Assembly: GCF_009914755.1 (NCBI RefSeq)
Contig: NC_060934.1
Length of the DNA stretch: 64,000 nt
DNA from: the human T2T-CHM13v2.0 reference genome, Homo sapiens
Strand: one strand, 5' to 3'
The notes beneath the pieces are model-generated. The model saw nothing but the letters and a program-made list of their open reading frames with translations. It had not been told where the DNA came from and ran no database searches. Both the position numbers and the translations under genes were made by a program. The stretch's first letter is position 1. Every line of letters starts with the position of its first letter. Shown one piece after another: positions 21,826 through 38,602 of the stretch.

Positions 21826-23275
21826 TGCTCTATAACCTTTTGTACTCCACATTCAGTGTTAGGTGCCTCGGTTTGAGAAGCCGAAGGCCAGATAAGTGCT
21901 ACAGGACAGCTCAGCAGGCCGCTAACCCGGCCTGGGAGTGGGCCGCCAAGGTTTTCTAGAGAAGGAAATTCCAGAGCTAAGGCTGGAATGAAGAACTGGA
22001 GCCCAGCCCAAGCTGAAGCAGAACTCATATACTAATTACTGAACTGCATTGGGCTGTATTTGAAGTAAGGCTCATTTAGAGTTTTACAGTTTGTTTTCTC
22101 TCCCCTTCAACACAAACACTAATGGACCAATCACTTTCTAGAAGGAAAAAGAAAGTAACTAAAATTCATTGAGTGCTGACTCTATGGCAATCACTTTGCA
22201 TATATCTCAGTTAATTCTGACATCTGTCCCATGAGATTGGTATTATTTATTCCCATTTTATAGATGAAGAAACTGGGAGTCTAAGAGGCTGACAAACTCT
22301 GCCCAAGGTAAAAAACTGGGAAGTACAGCCAGGATTCTGATTGCAAAGTTTGTGTTCTTCCCACCACATCATGTGGCTAAGCCTGTTTCTCAAGAGTCTC
22401 TTTAGTGGATATGCAGAAGCAGTTAAGAAAATAGTGGGATTGGCCTCAAGTTTCAAGGAAGAAAAAACTCTTTGGCCATCTCTTTTGGTCAAAGAAAGTT
22501 CTGGAAAGGGGTTTCTGGGCTACTCCTCTGGCTGGCATTGCAGCGCCCTACCTCACCAAGCCAGATCTGCTGAATCTGGACTTGGGGAAGTGAGAGTTCA
22601 CAGGACATCCTCTGGGAGTGTCCGCTGAGGTCTGCTTTATACAGTTTATACTTTGCTGTAAACAGCTCGCTGTTCCCAATTAAACCTGTACGATCATGTG
22701 TGAACTTTTAGGAAATGAGGACTTCTTTTTATGGTTCTCTTCTCAGTGTTAAAACCAGAGCCCTTGTCAGTCCACGAGCCTCCTTAAACTGTTGGGCCTT
22801 GACTCTGAGACTCCGGAATGTAGTCCAGAAATGCTTGGATCCTGGCACAACACCCAGGGAATGCCTAAGTGAGAGGATGGCTCCAGGTCTGCAGCCATGT
22901 CTTCCAGAAGGATGTTCTCTGATTCTTCTCAGCAGGGTTCTAGGGCATCCCAAACACAGGTCTCTGATGCTATTCACGCTAGGATAGGGAATACAGATCT
23001 CTCAACTAAAATTGCTGCCTGAAGTAATTTTTGAAGAAACAGTATTTCAAAATGACTACCCTCTCTCTTAGAGAAAGAGTTGGTTGAAACCACTTTAATT
23101 TGAAATTGGGTAATAAAGAAATGAATGGGTTTAGCTCTCTTTAATGTTGACAAATTAAGAAAGGAATATGTGCTTATTAAATAAAATATGAAAAACACAC
23201 ATAGGCAGAAAGAAGAAAAAAAAGTGACCATAGTCCTACTACTGGGAGACAACCGCTACTTAGCATTTTGGCTAG

Positions 23276-24056
<781 letters not shown>

Positions 24057-24074
24057 TCTACCATTTATTTTTAA

Positions 24075-24546
<472 letters not shown>

Positions 24547-24583
24547 ATTTTCTTTTTTAAGGTGGCATTTTTTTTAGTTTTAA

Positions 24584-25777
<1,194 letters not shown>

Positions 25778-26683
25778 TCAGCAATAAGAAAAGCCACCCC
25801 AAGAAGCAGCAAAGAGATGGGCTCACAGTCTCTGAAAAGGAAGTCAGTCATTAGCCACCTTCTGACATCCTAGCAATTAGCTGGTCTTGGGAGAAGAGCA
25901 GGTATCTCCAGAGAGGTGCCAAATAAATAGGATAAGAGACTATAAAAATGAAAAGCCTTTTGGCCTTTCATCACAGGATAATCCAATGCATGTGAATTAA
26001 TGGTGAAAGGCTCAGTAATAGCCTTTGTGAGGAAATAGGAGCAGTGTAGCAGGATATCCTTTTTCCGCACTAAAGCACCCAATTCTTTCAATTTTATATA
26101 CAGCGGAAGCAATTAATTGTACTAGAAAGAAATCCACAGCTGGCTTTTCCTGATGGCCTCATAAGCAACAAGCACTATTGTTCAGTTTCCGGGACAGATG
26201 TAAAGTCATTCTATTGCACTGCTGAGATTTTTCTGAATGTTTAGTTTGACTTCTCCAAAGATAACTTATGTGTTAACATCTAAAATTTGATTCGTCTTGT
26301 CATCACACATTTTCAGTATAAGCAACTGTCAAAAAGCTAATTTTTATTGTGCTATTGCACTCCAGCCTGGGCAACAAGAGTGAAACTCCATCTCAAAAAA
26401 AAAAAAAAAGTTAATTTTTGATTTGTAATATAATCCAGCACGTGACTTGATGCTGGTATTTTTTCCAAACGTTATGTGACTGAATCATGTTATTCACTTT
26501 TGTTTGTTTTACATGTTTACATGCAGTTGAACTGCACTGCCTCTGCTTTTGTGGTATCATCCACAGTGTGGCTATTCAGGAATCAGGCATAACAAGATTA
26601 TACATCAAAAACTCAGAAATTTAACATTTCAAATGCTGGCCTGTATGGCATTGCTTCACCTTCTAGATGCATTAAAATACACC

Positions 26684-26855
26684 ATATTTCATTAATTCTC
26701 AGATGCACATTTTTTTTGACATTTGAAACTTTCTGGAATTGCGATATCTTAATTAACGTGTCAGGGTTTTTAAGAAAAAACTGGCAAGGTTTTTCTTCCT
26801 TAGTTGTACATAAAATACATAAAATAATGATGGATCTTATAATCAACGGTATCCA
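26684..26855 (+). mobile_element. MER104-like Tc1/mariner MITE (second copy in the opposite orientation at ~38965-39105)
   Basis: atatttcattaattctcagatgcacatttttt resembles the recalled consensus. Confidence 0.55.
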
Positions 26856-26930
26856 TGCTGTTCTTTGGGTGGAAAAAACCCACAACGAAACAGTACCCTA
26901 GTTTTGATGACATATGGTATACATAGTTAA

Positions 26931-27823
<893 letters not shown>

Positions 27824-28106
27824 CGTATAACATTGTCCATTGTGGGGGAGATAAAGCTTATGGAAGAAAATAATAACCATCCATTAGGCCACCACAGAAC
27901 ACTGCCAACGTTTTCTCTTTATTTCAGGATAATCTATTTCTTTATAAACACACATATTTAATAATACAAAATTAACAAATGCTTAAATATATCTTGTCAA
28001 ATGTCCTGAAAGGTATATAATGTTACACAATAAAAAAGCGGGTTCTTTAAGCAAGCCAGGGACCAGCCTCCCCATTGCCACTGGAGTAGAATTTTCTGGT
28101 GTTCGA

Positions 28107-28211
28107 CAGGATCACGTGCAGATGTTGCAATGCATAATTCCAGGGAGCACCATTCGTGTCAGGCAGGTTGCGAATGGCACCCCCTTAAAGTTGTGCAACC
28201 TAGCAACCCTG
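28107..28211. mobile_element. MER91A-like palindromic hAT MITE
   Basis: gcataattccagggagcaccattcg...cgaatggcacccccttaaagttgtgc forms an imperfect palindrome. Confidence 0.7.
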
Positions 28212-29663
28212 GTGCTCAGTACCGTGACCATAGCGACAGTGGTACATACGCAGGGGAGATAGACAGGAGGGAGGATGCAACAGCACAGCAGATGCATCAA
28301 GGAGTTTGCAACTACCCACCAACCTTCAAAACAATGGATTCGCAGAAGCAAGGATTCAATAACTGGTAAGCTCCAGTGGCCTGGGACTGCTTTTTTGATA
28401 CTACGTGTATTTTGGTACTCCCTAAACTGTCTCCCTCAGGCTGAGAGGCCCCTATTTATGTTGAAGAACGAAGGTATGAAAACTTATTTGTGAGAAAGAC
28501 ATAAGAACAGCTAAGCTATGTGGAAAGTCAGTGATGTAGACCATTGAGAGAAAAGCCTAAGGAGATGAGGATGGAGTAGTCAAAGATGACTTCTTGGAAG
28601 AGGTGGTACTCAGGCAGTATAGGGAGGAGAATGGCATTAAATGGAGAATGAATATGGTCCATTCTTCAGAAAGTAGTGAGACCAGTCTAACGAAATGTTA
28701 CTCTATAGCAGTGTTTTCAGATTTAATGGGACTGGTGTTTCACAATAGAAATCTAAACAACTGGGCAACATTAGTTGAAAGAGGGAATGACCAATTAGGA
28801 GGAGAGCTAGCAGCATTCAGGATCGGAGGAAGAGGGGCTTTAAGGTAGGTAGCAAACTAAATGGAAACTAATCTGCATTTTAAAATAAACACTGACAAGT
28901 ATTGGTTACTGGTTATATATATGACTATGTATGCCTTTGAAATAATAAAGGAAGTTGTTTTAAAGTTTATTTATTGAGAACAAGTTGTTAGATGATAGTT
29001 CTGTTATTATGATGTACAGGATTTGTTAGTAGACTCTCATTCCAACAAGATAAGTGCTTTATCATTAATCCTCAAAAATATGGAAAAACAAAACAAAACA
29101 AAACACCTAACCCTGCCTTGGCTAATAGAAATAAAAAGAAATGCGCCAGGGCAAACTACCAGTAGAGAACAAAATTAAGTATGTCATTCATTTAATAAAT
29201 ACTTACTGACTACCTACTGGTGTGCCAAGCAGCACACTGGATACAATGGAGTGAGAATGAGACAGTTCCCATTCTCTGAACTTTTGAGTCCAGCACAGGG
29301 TCAGGTACTTTCAACATATCCGATGGGTAAACTAGTATGCCTGGTCACACTGGTGACACCACACCACATCTAGGAATACATCCCAATTACCATGTAAGCC
29401 ATGGACAGTAGGCACAGTATGGTGTTCATGAATCTGCACTCCTGATCCAGATTTTATCTCCCCAGTTATCTCAGCTTGAATCTTTTATCATCGCACCTTG
29501 CCTTCCTTTTACTAGTCATTCCCAAGGTAATCATATTCAGCTCCACATGCTGGATTTCTGGACTACTAGCTCCAAAGGAATTCTTGAGTAGAATCAGTGT
29601 TTAGGGATAGTAAGAAGAATCAGACATGGGTCTTTTCATTTTTGAATGTATGTATGGGTTTTT

Positions 29664-29957
29664 TGTGTGTATACATACAAACATATGTACATGTATACTT
29701 ACATATATGCACATATGTGTACATGCATACTTACATATGCACACATATGCATGCATACACATGTGCACATATGCGTGCGCACATACGCATATATGCACAT
29801 GTGTGCACATACGCATATACGCACGTGTGCGCACATACGCATATGCGCACATATGTGTGCACACATACGCATATGCACACATATGCATATTTGTGTGTAC
29901 ATATATACATATATGCATATACTTACATATGTACACAAACACCTACACACACACACA
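29664..29957. repeat. ~290 bp mixed alternating purine-pyrimidine tract (TA/CA/TG/CG)
   Basis: Seen directly; it produces the spurious H/T/Y/C-rich ORFs at 29597-30040. Confidence 0.95.
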
Positions 29958-30063
29958 AAGTTCAGACTAGAAATCTATTTGAATTATATTCAATAGATTA
30001 TATACACACACACCCCTATTACACTTGGATTAATTTTTAGCCAGAAAAAAATATATATATAGC

Positions 30064-30341
30064 TTTTTTTTTTTTGAAACAGAGTGTCGCTCTGTTGCCC
30101 GGGCTGGAGTGCAATGGCGAGATCTGGGCTCACTGCGACAAGCGATTCTCCTGCCTCAGCCTCCCAAGTAGCTGGGACTACAGGCGCCTGCTGCCACATC
30201 CAGCTAATTTTTGTATTTTTAGTAGACACAGGGTTTCACCATGTTGGCCAGGCTGGTCTTGAACTCCTGACCTCAAATGATCCACCCACCTTGGCCTCCC
30301 AAAGTGCTTGGGATTACTAGCATAAGCCACCACGCCCAGCC
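30064..30341 (-). mobile_element. Alu with a small internal deletion
   Basis: Alu consensus. Confidence 0.92.
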
Positions 30342-31770
30342 AAAATTACATATAATACACCTTTAATATGTACTTAGTGTATGTCCAGAGCATATATATT
30401 ATATATAGTTTTCATCTGGTTAAAAAATAATCCAAGTGCAATAAACCAGGTGCTGTGAGGATAGGGAAAAGCAGGGCAGTGAGCTGCAGCAGGACAGGGA
30501 AGGCCAAGATCTACTGTGGGCTGCGTGGGAGTTGGGGTAGGGAGGCCCCAGCTCCCGGTGCTCGGTGGGAGGAACCATAGTCCTCTAGGCAGTGCCTGAT
30601 AGCCAGAGAGTAGTGAGCAAACAACAGGTGGTAGTCCAGGAGCGCAGTGGGGATGGGGACATCCAGCCTGAGGTAATGGGGGAAGGGAGGCCCAACAGAT
30701 AGATAGAATACAGATACAGGGAGCCTAGAAACAAAGAGCTGGAGGCAATTAAGTGATGCCACCAACAATACCTACAACTGCCCAGCAGTCTGGGTGCAGG
30801 GATGCAGCTAAGTCCAAACAACAAGCAGAGAAATTCCAGGTCCTGGCAAGCTAACAGGTCAGGGTTTCAGACACAAGAGAAGGGCTGTCAGTTCTTAGAA
30901 AGGGGCGAGGCAGTGGGAGGCTGAGTCTTGAGCTTGGGACCAAAGCTCTGATAATTCTTCCTGCCTCAAGGCCTAGGAAAGATCAGGTTCTATGGTAAAG
31001 GGTGTACGGATAGTAGGGAAAGGAGGAATACAGAGGCCACGGACTAGGTAGGACCAAGTGAGAGCAGCAATATCCTCCATCATCTATCTTTCAATCATAG
31101 TAGCCAGTGCTTTGAGGCAAAGATAAATTAAAATGGAGCTAAGGGAGAAGGAGCAAGTTGTTTAGAAGTAAACAAAAGAAGTAAAACACTGTACCACCAC
31201 AATGAAAATGAATTCAGGTTTTTAAACTTCCTCTATTTTGTGCACTGAATTATATACATCCATCTTATTCTTAACCACAGTTTCTGTTTCAGTTTAGTCC
31301 TTCTAAGCCATGATGGGGTACTACTAACCAAAAAAAAAAAAAAAAAAAAAAGATGTAGTAGTGTCCATGCTGAAAAATGAAGCTGTTTATTCTCCCTAAC
31401 ACCTACCCATTTAATATTGGGTTTGAAGCCAACCTAAAGGGTCACCCTACCAATGACATTCCTTCACTCGTGCCTCCTTACTGGCCTCTAACTTATCATC
31501 AGACCCAGAGACTTCGTGCTGCCTTTTGCCTTATAAGATCTTTACAACATGAAAATGACTTTGAATGGATTAGCTTGGATTAATCTATTCACCTTGGATC
31601 CCTGAAGGCAGAAGTCCCATTTCACTGAAGAGGATGTGATCCACAGCTTTCCCAGCCAACCTTCACTCTTTCCAAGATAGCCATGCCACCCTCTAACACT
31701 AAAAGGGTCTTGGTGACAAGGTTTAGAAATGCCTAGAGGATATGTATGCTTATTTCTCTTCTCTCATTTA

Positions 31771-31965
<195 letters not shown>

Positions 31966-32762
31966 CTAAAAAAAGAGAGACTGACAAAGTCTTTTGCTCA
32001 TGGAGTTTATATTCTAGTGGAGCAGAGGGGCTCAGACCACAAACAAATAACTAAATGCACGATGTAATTAATGAATGCTGCTTTGGGCATGTAACAACTA
32101 CCTCTCTTGTGACCTACCTGGACAGAAGAAAAGACCATTTCCAGCCTATTCTAGTAACCCACTTAAAGGAATACCAACACATTACGGAATGTTAACTGTG
32201 GATCCCGAGATGTTGCTTTTGAGTTTGGGGGCCAGAACACACGTGTCCAGATGTCTCCCTGGGCAGACAGACCGGAGAAACGGGCTGGCATGCATAAACA
32301 TGCCAGTAGCCAGGGAGAACAGCATGCCCCACTAGCTGCTGGTAGCCAGGGCGCTGAGGATTGAAGCCTGGGTACTAGCTGGGCCTTATCAAAGGAGAGC
32401 GAAAAATTCCTGAAGATTTGAAAAGGAGAGTCTTTTGCAGAGAAGCAAACGTATCACGACTTAAAATTTGATGCTTCAATTTTGCTCTCATTTCTACAGT
32501 GGCAGATAACACAAGCCAGGGAATACTCATTTGTACATTTCAGAAACTTGATGTACTAAGGTTCCCACCTGAGATTGTTGTCTATTTTATAGACCAATTC
32601 ATATGTCTAAAAATCCAACTAGACTATAAAGAGCATAATAACACGCTTGCCATGGTTTTCTCTGCCGACACATTGCTCAGCATACGTCAATGAGAGCTTT
32701 GACCAATCAATGTGAATCTCCTTAAGCAAAAGGCCCATCTTTTCCTTTAGAACTAAAGCGGG

Positions 32763-33080
32763 GGCTGGGCGCAGTGGCTCACGCTTGTAATCCCAGCACT
32801 TTGGGAGGCCGAGGCGGGAGGATCACGAGGTCAGGAGATCGAGAACACCTATTAACACGGTGACACCCCGTCTGTACTAAAAATACAAAAAGTTAGCCGG
32901 GCGTGGTGGCGGGCGCCTGTAGTCCCAGCTGCTCAGGAGGCTGAGGCAGGAGAATGGCGTGAACCCAGGAGGCGGAGCTTGCAGTGAGCCGAGATGGCGC
33001 CACTGCACTTCAGCCTGGGCGACAGAGCGAGACTCCGTCTCAAAAAAAAAAGAACAAAAAAACCCCAAAAAACAAAAAAA
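32763..33080 (+). mobile_element. AluY-type element upstream of the BMPR1A promoter
   Basis: gagaatggcgtgaacc and gagcttgcagtg diagnostics; CpG-rich. Confidence 0.93.
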
Positions 33081-33739
33081 CTAAAACTGGGTATTATGAA
33101 GGAAACTTGAGAAAGAAAAGTGACCAATTTTAGTTGATGCAAGTAATCTCACGTATCCTCTTCTTCCTGCATAGCAAGATACTACAACCCATGACTGTCA
33201 AACCTGAGACAGCTGAAGAGCCCAGAAAAAAAGATTAGGGAAGAAAACAGAATTGAAAAATAATTCAGAATGACAGAGGCTATCTGCAGCATTAAGGGCA
33301 AAGGCGGGTAAAAGAAGAAAAGGGAGACAGAATAAAAGATAAACCAAAAAATTGAAACAAAATACACGGGAATTCAAACATTTACACCAGAATATAAGGG
33401 AATACCCTGGAATCTAAACACCTCTTCAGGCAAGAATGTGTGTCAATACAAATGCCTGGCACATTGTTTTCCTTCCCCCTTTCTTTTTACCCAGTTTACC
33501 CAGTTTTAAAAGTGATTTTTTAAAATGCACCTTTAAAAGAACATCTTTTGTTAAGTGACTTAAACTTGATACATTTCTTGGATTACTAAGGAGGTTAAAG
33601 TCACATTTGGTGAAAAAGGGGCCTATCTCCTCTTTCCTCACATACGGGTCATCGAATACTTTTAAAAGCATTTTCCACCATGAATGAGGGGAAATGGAAG
33701 AAAAGAGGTGGTGACAATTATTTGCATTTTCCAAATGGA

Positions 33740-35520
33740 CGGAATGAGCCTCCGGAGGGTACACGAGGTCACCAGCGTGAGCCCGCGGTGGAGCTGGAGG
33801 CGTATTTATAGCTGGCTGACCTCAGTCCTGTTGGGCCCTCGCCGCTCCTTATCTTATGCCGCTGGAATTCGCGGGCTCGCAGGTCACAGGAGCCCGGGCG
33901 CGCCGGGCCTGGCGCTCCCGAATCGATGAGGGAAGCCGCTCTCCCCGGCAGATCCTCCCGGCCGGGGAGCCTCCATCACCCTGCCTGCGCCTCGGCACGC
34001 TGGCAAGGAGCCCGGGAAGAGACGCCGGGAGCGGTGGGTGGGCGAGAAACAAATGCAATGTGACTTATATTTTTCTTTGTCGCAACTACCACGACCTGGC
34101 CATCCCCCACCTTGGTGACTTGGTGCCTTCCCAGCGACCTTATTTCACGCCAGCTGACTGGCGTTCACCGCAGTGTGAGTGTCGGCCGGAGGAGGGGTCC
34201 ACGCGAAAGAGCCCGCGAGAGTGGGGATATCCGGCCCCGAAGGCCGGAGCGGGCGTCCAGGGCGCCGATGGCCGCAGCACCCGGCAGCCGTGTCCACGCT
34301 CCCCTCCGCCGCGTTCCATCGCGTGCTACCTACGGCGTCTGCGGGAAGCTACCCGGGCGGCAGCTGTGGGGCTGGCTTGTGGGGAGGGGCCGGCGGGCCC
34401 GCGCGGAGGAGCAGCCCCGACTCCCGCCCGCACCAGCAGCTCGGCGCCCCCTTGCCGGCGGCTGGCCCTCCTCCCCGGCAACTGGGCGCCGGGCTCCGCG
34501 AACTCTTCGGGCGCTTCCGCCGTGCGCTCGGCTCTTTTCGTGTCCGGGGCGGGGCGGGGCAGGCGCCCGTGGTCGGGTGCGCGCGGCGCGGGCGGGGGCC
34601 TTCCCAGTGCGCGCGCGCCGTGCAAGGCCCGCGGACGCCCGCCCCTCCCCCAGGTCCCCGCACCCGCGCCGCCCCCTCCCCTCCTGGCAAGAGTCGGCGG
34701 CGGTGGCGGCGGCCGCTGCAGAGATTGGAATCCGCCTGCCGGGCTTGGCGAAGGAGAAGGGAGGAGGCAGGAGCGAGGAGGGAGGAGGGCCAAGGGCGGG
34801 CAGGAAGGCTTAGGCTCGGCGCGTCCGTCCGCGCGCGGCGAAGATCGCACGGCCCGATCGAGGGGCGACCGGGTCGGGGCCGCTGCACGCCAAGGGCGAA
34901 GGCCGATCCGGGCCCCACTTCGCCCCGGCGGCTCGCCGCGCCCACCCGCTCCGCGCCGAGGGCTGGAGGATGCGTTCCCTGGGGTCCGGGTGAGTTGGGA
35001 GTGCGCGTGCGGACCGGAGGGGCTGGCCGCAGCGGGGAGGCCAGAGGGGCTCGGGCGAGGCTGCAGAGGCAGCTGGGCGCGCGGTGGCCGGAGCCAGGGG
35101 CTGCCCGGCCCGGCCCCGGCAGCTCCGCAGGCCTCGGCGCGCGCTGGGCCGGGACCGCCCAGCCAGAGACCCACGGCACCCCGCGCCGCGTCCCCCGCCG
35201 GCCCCTCTTTTGTCTCCCACTCGCGGGTTGCAGGCCGAGTTTGGGGATGCGGAGTGGGCGAAAGTCGCTCCGGGGACGCTTCTGGAATCCTTAAATGGGA
35301 AAGGCGCTCACCTCCCCGCCCCGGAGCGGCGAGGCTGATATTTGTGATTTGGCTCCGGACGCTGTGGGGAGGAACAGGGGAGAACAAAATGAGTTTCGGG
35401 CGGGGGTCGAGTGAGAGGAGCAGCCGGCCCGCCCCCGAGTCCCCGCGGGAAGGGGCCCTGGCCCCCGAGCTCCCGGAGCTGCTTCACCTGTTGTCCTGCG
35501 CGGCCTCCGCTCCGTGGCCT
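33740..35520. promoter_or_regulatory. BMPR1A: BMPR1A CpG-island promoter with tandem GC boxes (34546-34560) and G-quadruplex-prone G/C runs
   Basis: Abrupt rise in GC and CpG content, GGGGCGGGGCGGGGC, a (GC)n run at ~34609-34618, and a NotI site at 34709. Confidence 0.93.
34690..34989 (+). other. BMPR1A: BMPR1A non-coding exon 1 (5'UTR); intron 1 runs to the end of the window
   Basis: GCGGCCGCTGCAGAGATTGGAATCC...CCTGGGGTCCGG matches the BMPR1A mRNA 5' end as I recall it. Strong donor CGG|gtgagt at 34990. Position ~20 kb downstream of LDB3 fits the known gene order. TSS is approximate. Confidence 0.88.
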
Positions 35521-38159
35521 GGTGATTCCGTACTTCAGTTTTGGAAAACTTTCTGCTGGATTGCCTGGACCCTTTTTTCTCTTTCCAGACTCCTAGTGGA
35601 AAGATTTGGCAAGGAAAAAAAAATGAGCTTGCGTCAGGGAAGAAAAATAATATGCTGTGTGTTAGGGTCTGGCGTTTGAGCGTGGTACTCTTTCATGCTC
35701 TCAGATGTTTTAATTTGGTCAAACTCCTGCAGGTTTTCTCTTTTAAGCGGTTAACAAACTGTTCAGAGTACATAGTATGAACTTGGCACCTGTGTTACGT
35801 CATTTAATCCTTACAACGATTCTGGTTTATTGTATTCCTCATTGTTTTAGGGGAAGAAACCGAGTCGCAAAGAGGTTAACTAACTTGTCTAAGGGAGCTG
35901 GGATTTGAACCCAGGAACATCGTATTCTGGCAAACGAATTAGGAAGAAAAAAAACCAAAACTGTTTGCAAACACTTTTACGTTTAGGAACATTTTTCAGT
36001 TACTCTTACTTGAAATTATCGCTATTTTGTTGCTGGAGTTGAAAACAACTACTTTATTGTATTTACTTGTGAGAGGAGTTAAACTTTGAATTAGAGTGTA
36101 ACTTAATGCGTCTCATTGTTTTCAGTTGTTGAAATAAAGAATGTGAACCAGAATTATTTAGATTTTTAAATTTGAAGCTAAAATATGGGCAATTCTCTGA
36201 TCTAGGAATGGGGTGAGTGTATGAAAGGCCGATTGAAATGTAGAATGCGTTTTTAGTAGAACCAGACTCAGTTCTTGTTTAATTTTTCCTCCATTTTCCG
36301 TGGAGCCCACTTTAAACTTTTTCTACTTTCTTCACTTCTCCCCACCCTTTACAGAAGAGGTTGAGGCACTTAGCAGGAGCTCCTTCATTAAATTCCTTCT
36401 GTTACTGGCTTCTTAACCTTCCGTCAAAGAGGGAGAATTTTTTTTTTTTTTTGTCTTTCTTATTAGTTAACACCTTGGGGTTTTTTTCCTTTCCTTCTAA
36501 TTTTCCTGCTTAGTGGAGCGTGAGTTATTTTCTCTGTCGTATTTGGGTTCTTTAAAGTACAAATGTTCTTAAGATTTTTTCAGTTTACAAAAACCTTTTC
36601 TTAAGTCTGCTACTCCTTCAAGCTGTCTTGTTGCTGCTTTTCCTTTTCAAATCTTATTAACATTTTAAAAAGCTTGTTCGTAATAAAAGTAACACATGGT
36701 TGTTAATTGCGAACTAGCGCAACATTGAAATTAAAATTTAGTCATTCACAATCCATCTCTAGAGATTGCCAAGTGTAGTCTGCTTTTCCTGCCTTTGCCT
36801 GGTTGGTGGCTAGCCACTCATTTCTTAACCCCTTGTTATCTGGATTTCACCTTCACAAGGAACTATAACCTAATCAACACATTTAACTACCTTTTTCTAA
36901 GTCCTCTCCTTGAGTTTTCTGTAAGATTTAACATCGACTTCACATTTTCAGATGCCTCTCCTTGGGTTTCATTCATCTATACTCGCTGTATTCTAACACA
37001 GGGTCCAAGGCAGTAAGATACAACAGATCCTTCCCTCATGGAGCTTAAAGTCTAGTGGGGAAATACTTATTGAAAAATAAAGTCTCTAGTTAAATATAAT
37101 TGTGATTTTAATTAAGGTGCAGAATATTATAAGAACTTCAAATGGAGACCTGATCTGGTGCTTGTGGTGGTGGGAGAATCTGGGAAAGATACCTTAAAAT
37201 TGCTTTGTTGGAACCCAGGCAGATTGTGAAGGATGAGCAAGAGTTAACTATTAACTAGATGAAGAGAGGCCTTTTGTGACATTATACTGACTTTGTTCCT
37301 CTCCGCCACTTTTCTGCCTTCTGTTTCTTCTTTCCTCTTTAATATGCGTTCTCCAAGTTTCACTTTTCAGATCACTTTTCTCTATGTCTCTAGTCCCTTA
37401 GAATGATTGTTCAGACCTTTCTGTTGGAATAATTCTCAATTCTTTGTTTATGTGTCTTCTGAATCACGTTTTTTTGTTTGTTTGTTTTGTTTTTTCTTTT
37501 TTATTCAGTTGCTTTCTACATATCTGTACCTGATTGTTCTGAGCTGCTTTTCCTTAGCAAACTTGCCTCTTTGGTGTTCTTTATTTTTGTTGATGTCATA
37601 CCAAACCCAAACCTTTTCCCATTTCATCATATCTTGTCTGTAGCCAACATCTGTTGATTCTGCTTTATGATATTGTAACTCTTCTGCTCTCTATTCTTGC
37701 TAACTGTGGGGCAATTCTGAATTCATATTGGTGTGAAGGTAGTAGTCAAATCATAAAACGAGTTGGGCAGCTTTCCTTCTTTTTCTCTTTTTCAGGATCA
37801 TTTTAGACTGGGATTATCTGTTCCTTGAAAGTTTGGAAGACCTCCCCTATGTGACCATTTAGGCCTAGATCTTTTTTCTGGAGAGGACTTTGAGTAACAC
37901 TTCAATTTCTTTAATAGCTGTTGGTTTGTGTCGATTTTCTGATTCTCATATGAATTTTAATGTTTCACATTTTTTTCAGGAATTTATTTTCAAATCTAGT
38001 GTTATTTGGCTTTCACGTAGTTCTTCCCCCACCACCCCGCGACTCCACCCCCACCCCCTAACTCTAAATCAAGTTCTCATCCCACCTGGACTAATGTTAT
38101 GATTTTCTTGCCTTCACTTTTCTCCTTTATCTAATCTTATGTATTTCTGCCTAAATTAA

Positions 38160-38602
<443 letters not shown>

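Noticed and set aside
28245-28265. GCAGGGGAGATA resembling the U1 snRNA 5' region
   Set aside because: The match is about 12 nt and does not extend.
29597-30040. Cluster of H/T/Y/C/M-rich ORFs
   Set aside because: Translation of the alternating purine-pyrimidine microsatellite.
33856-35679. 607 aa ORF and overlapping 233-371 aa ORFs on both strands
   Set aside because: Stop-codon depletion in a very GC-rich CpG island. Low-complexity A/G/P/R composition, no recognisable domain, several frames open at once, and it runs through the exon 1 donor.
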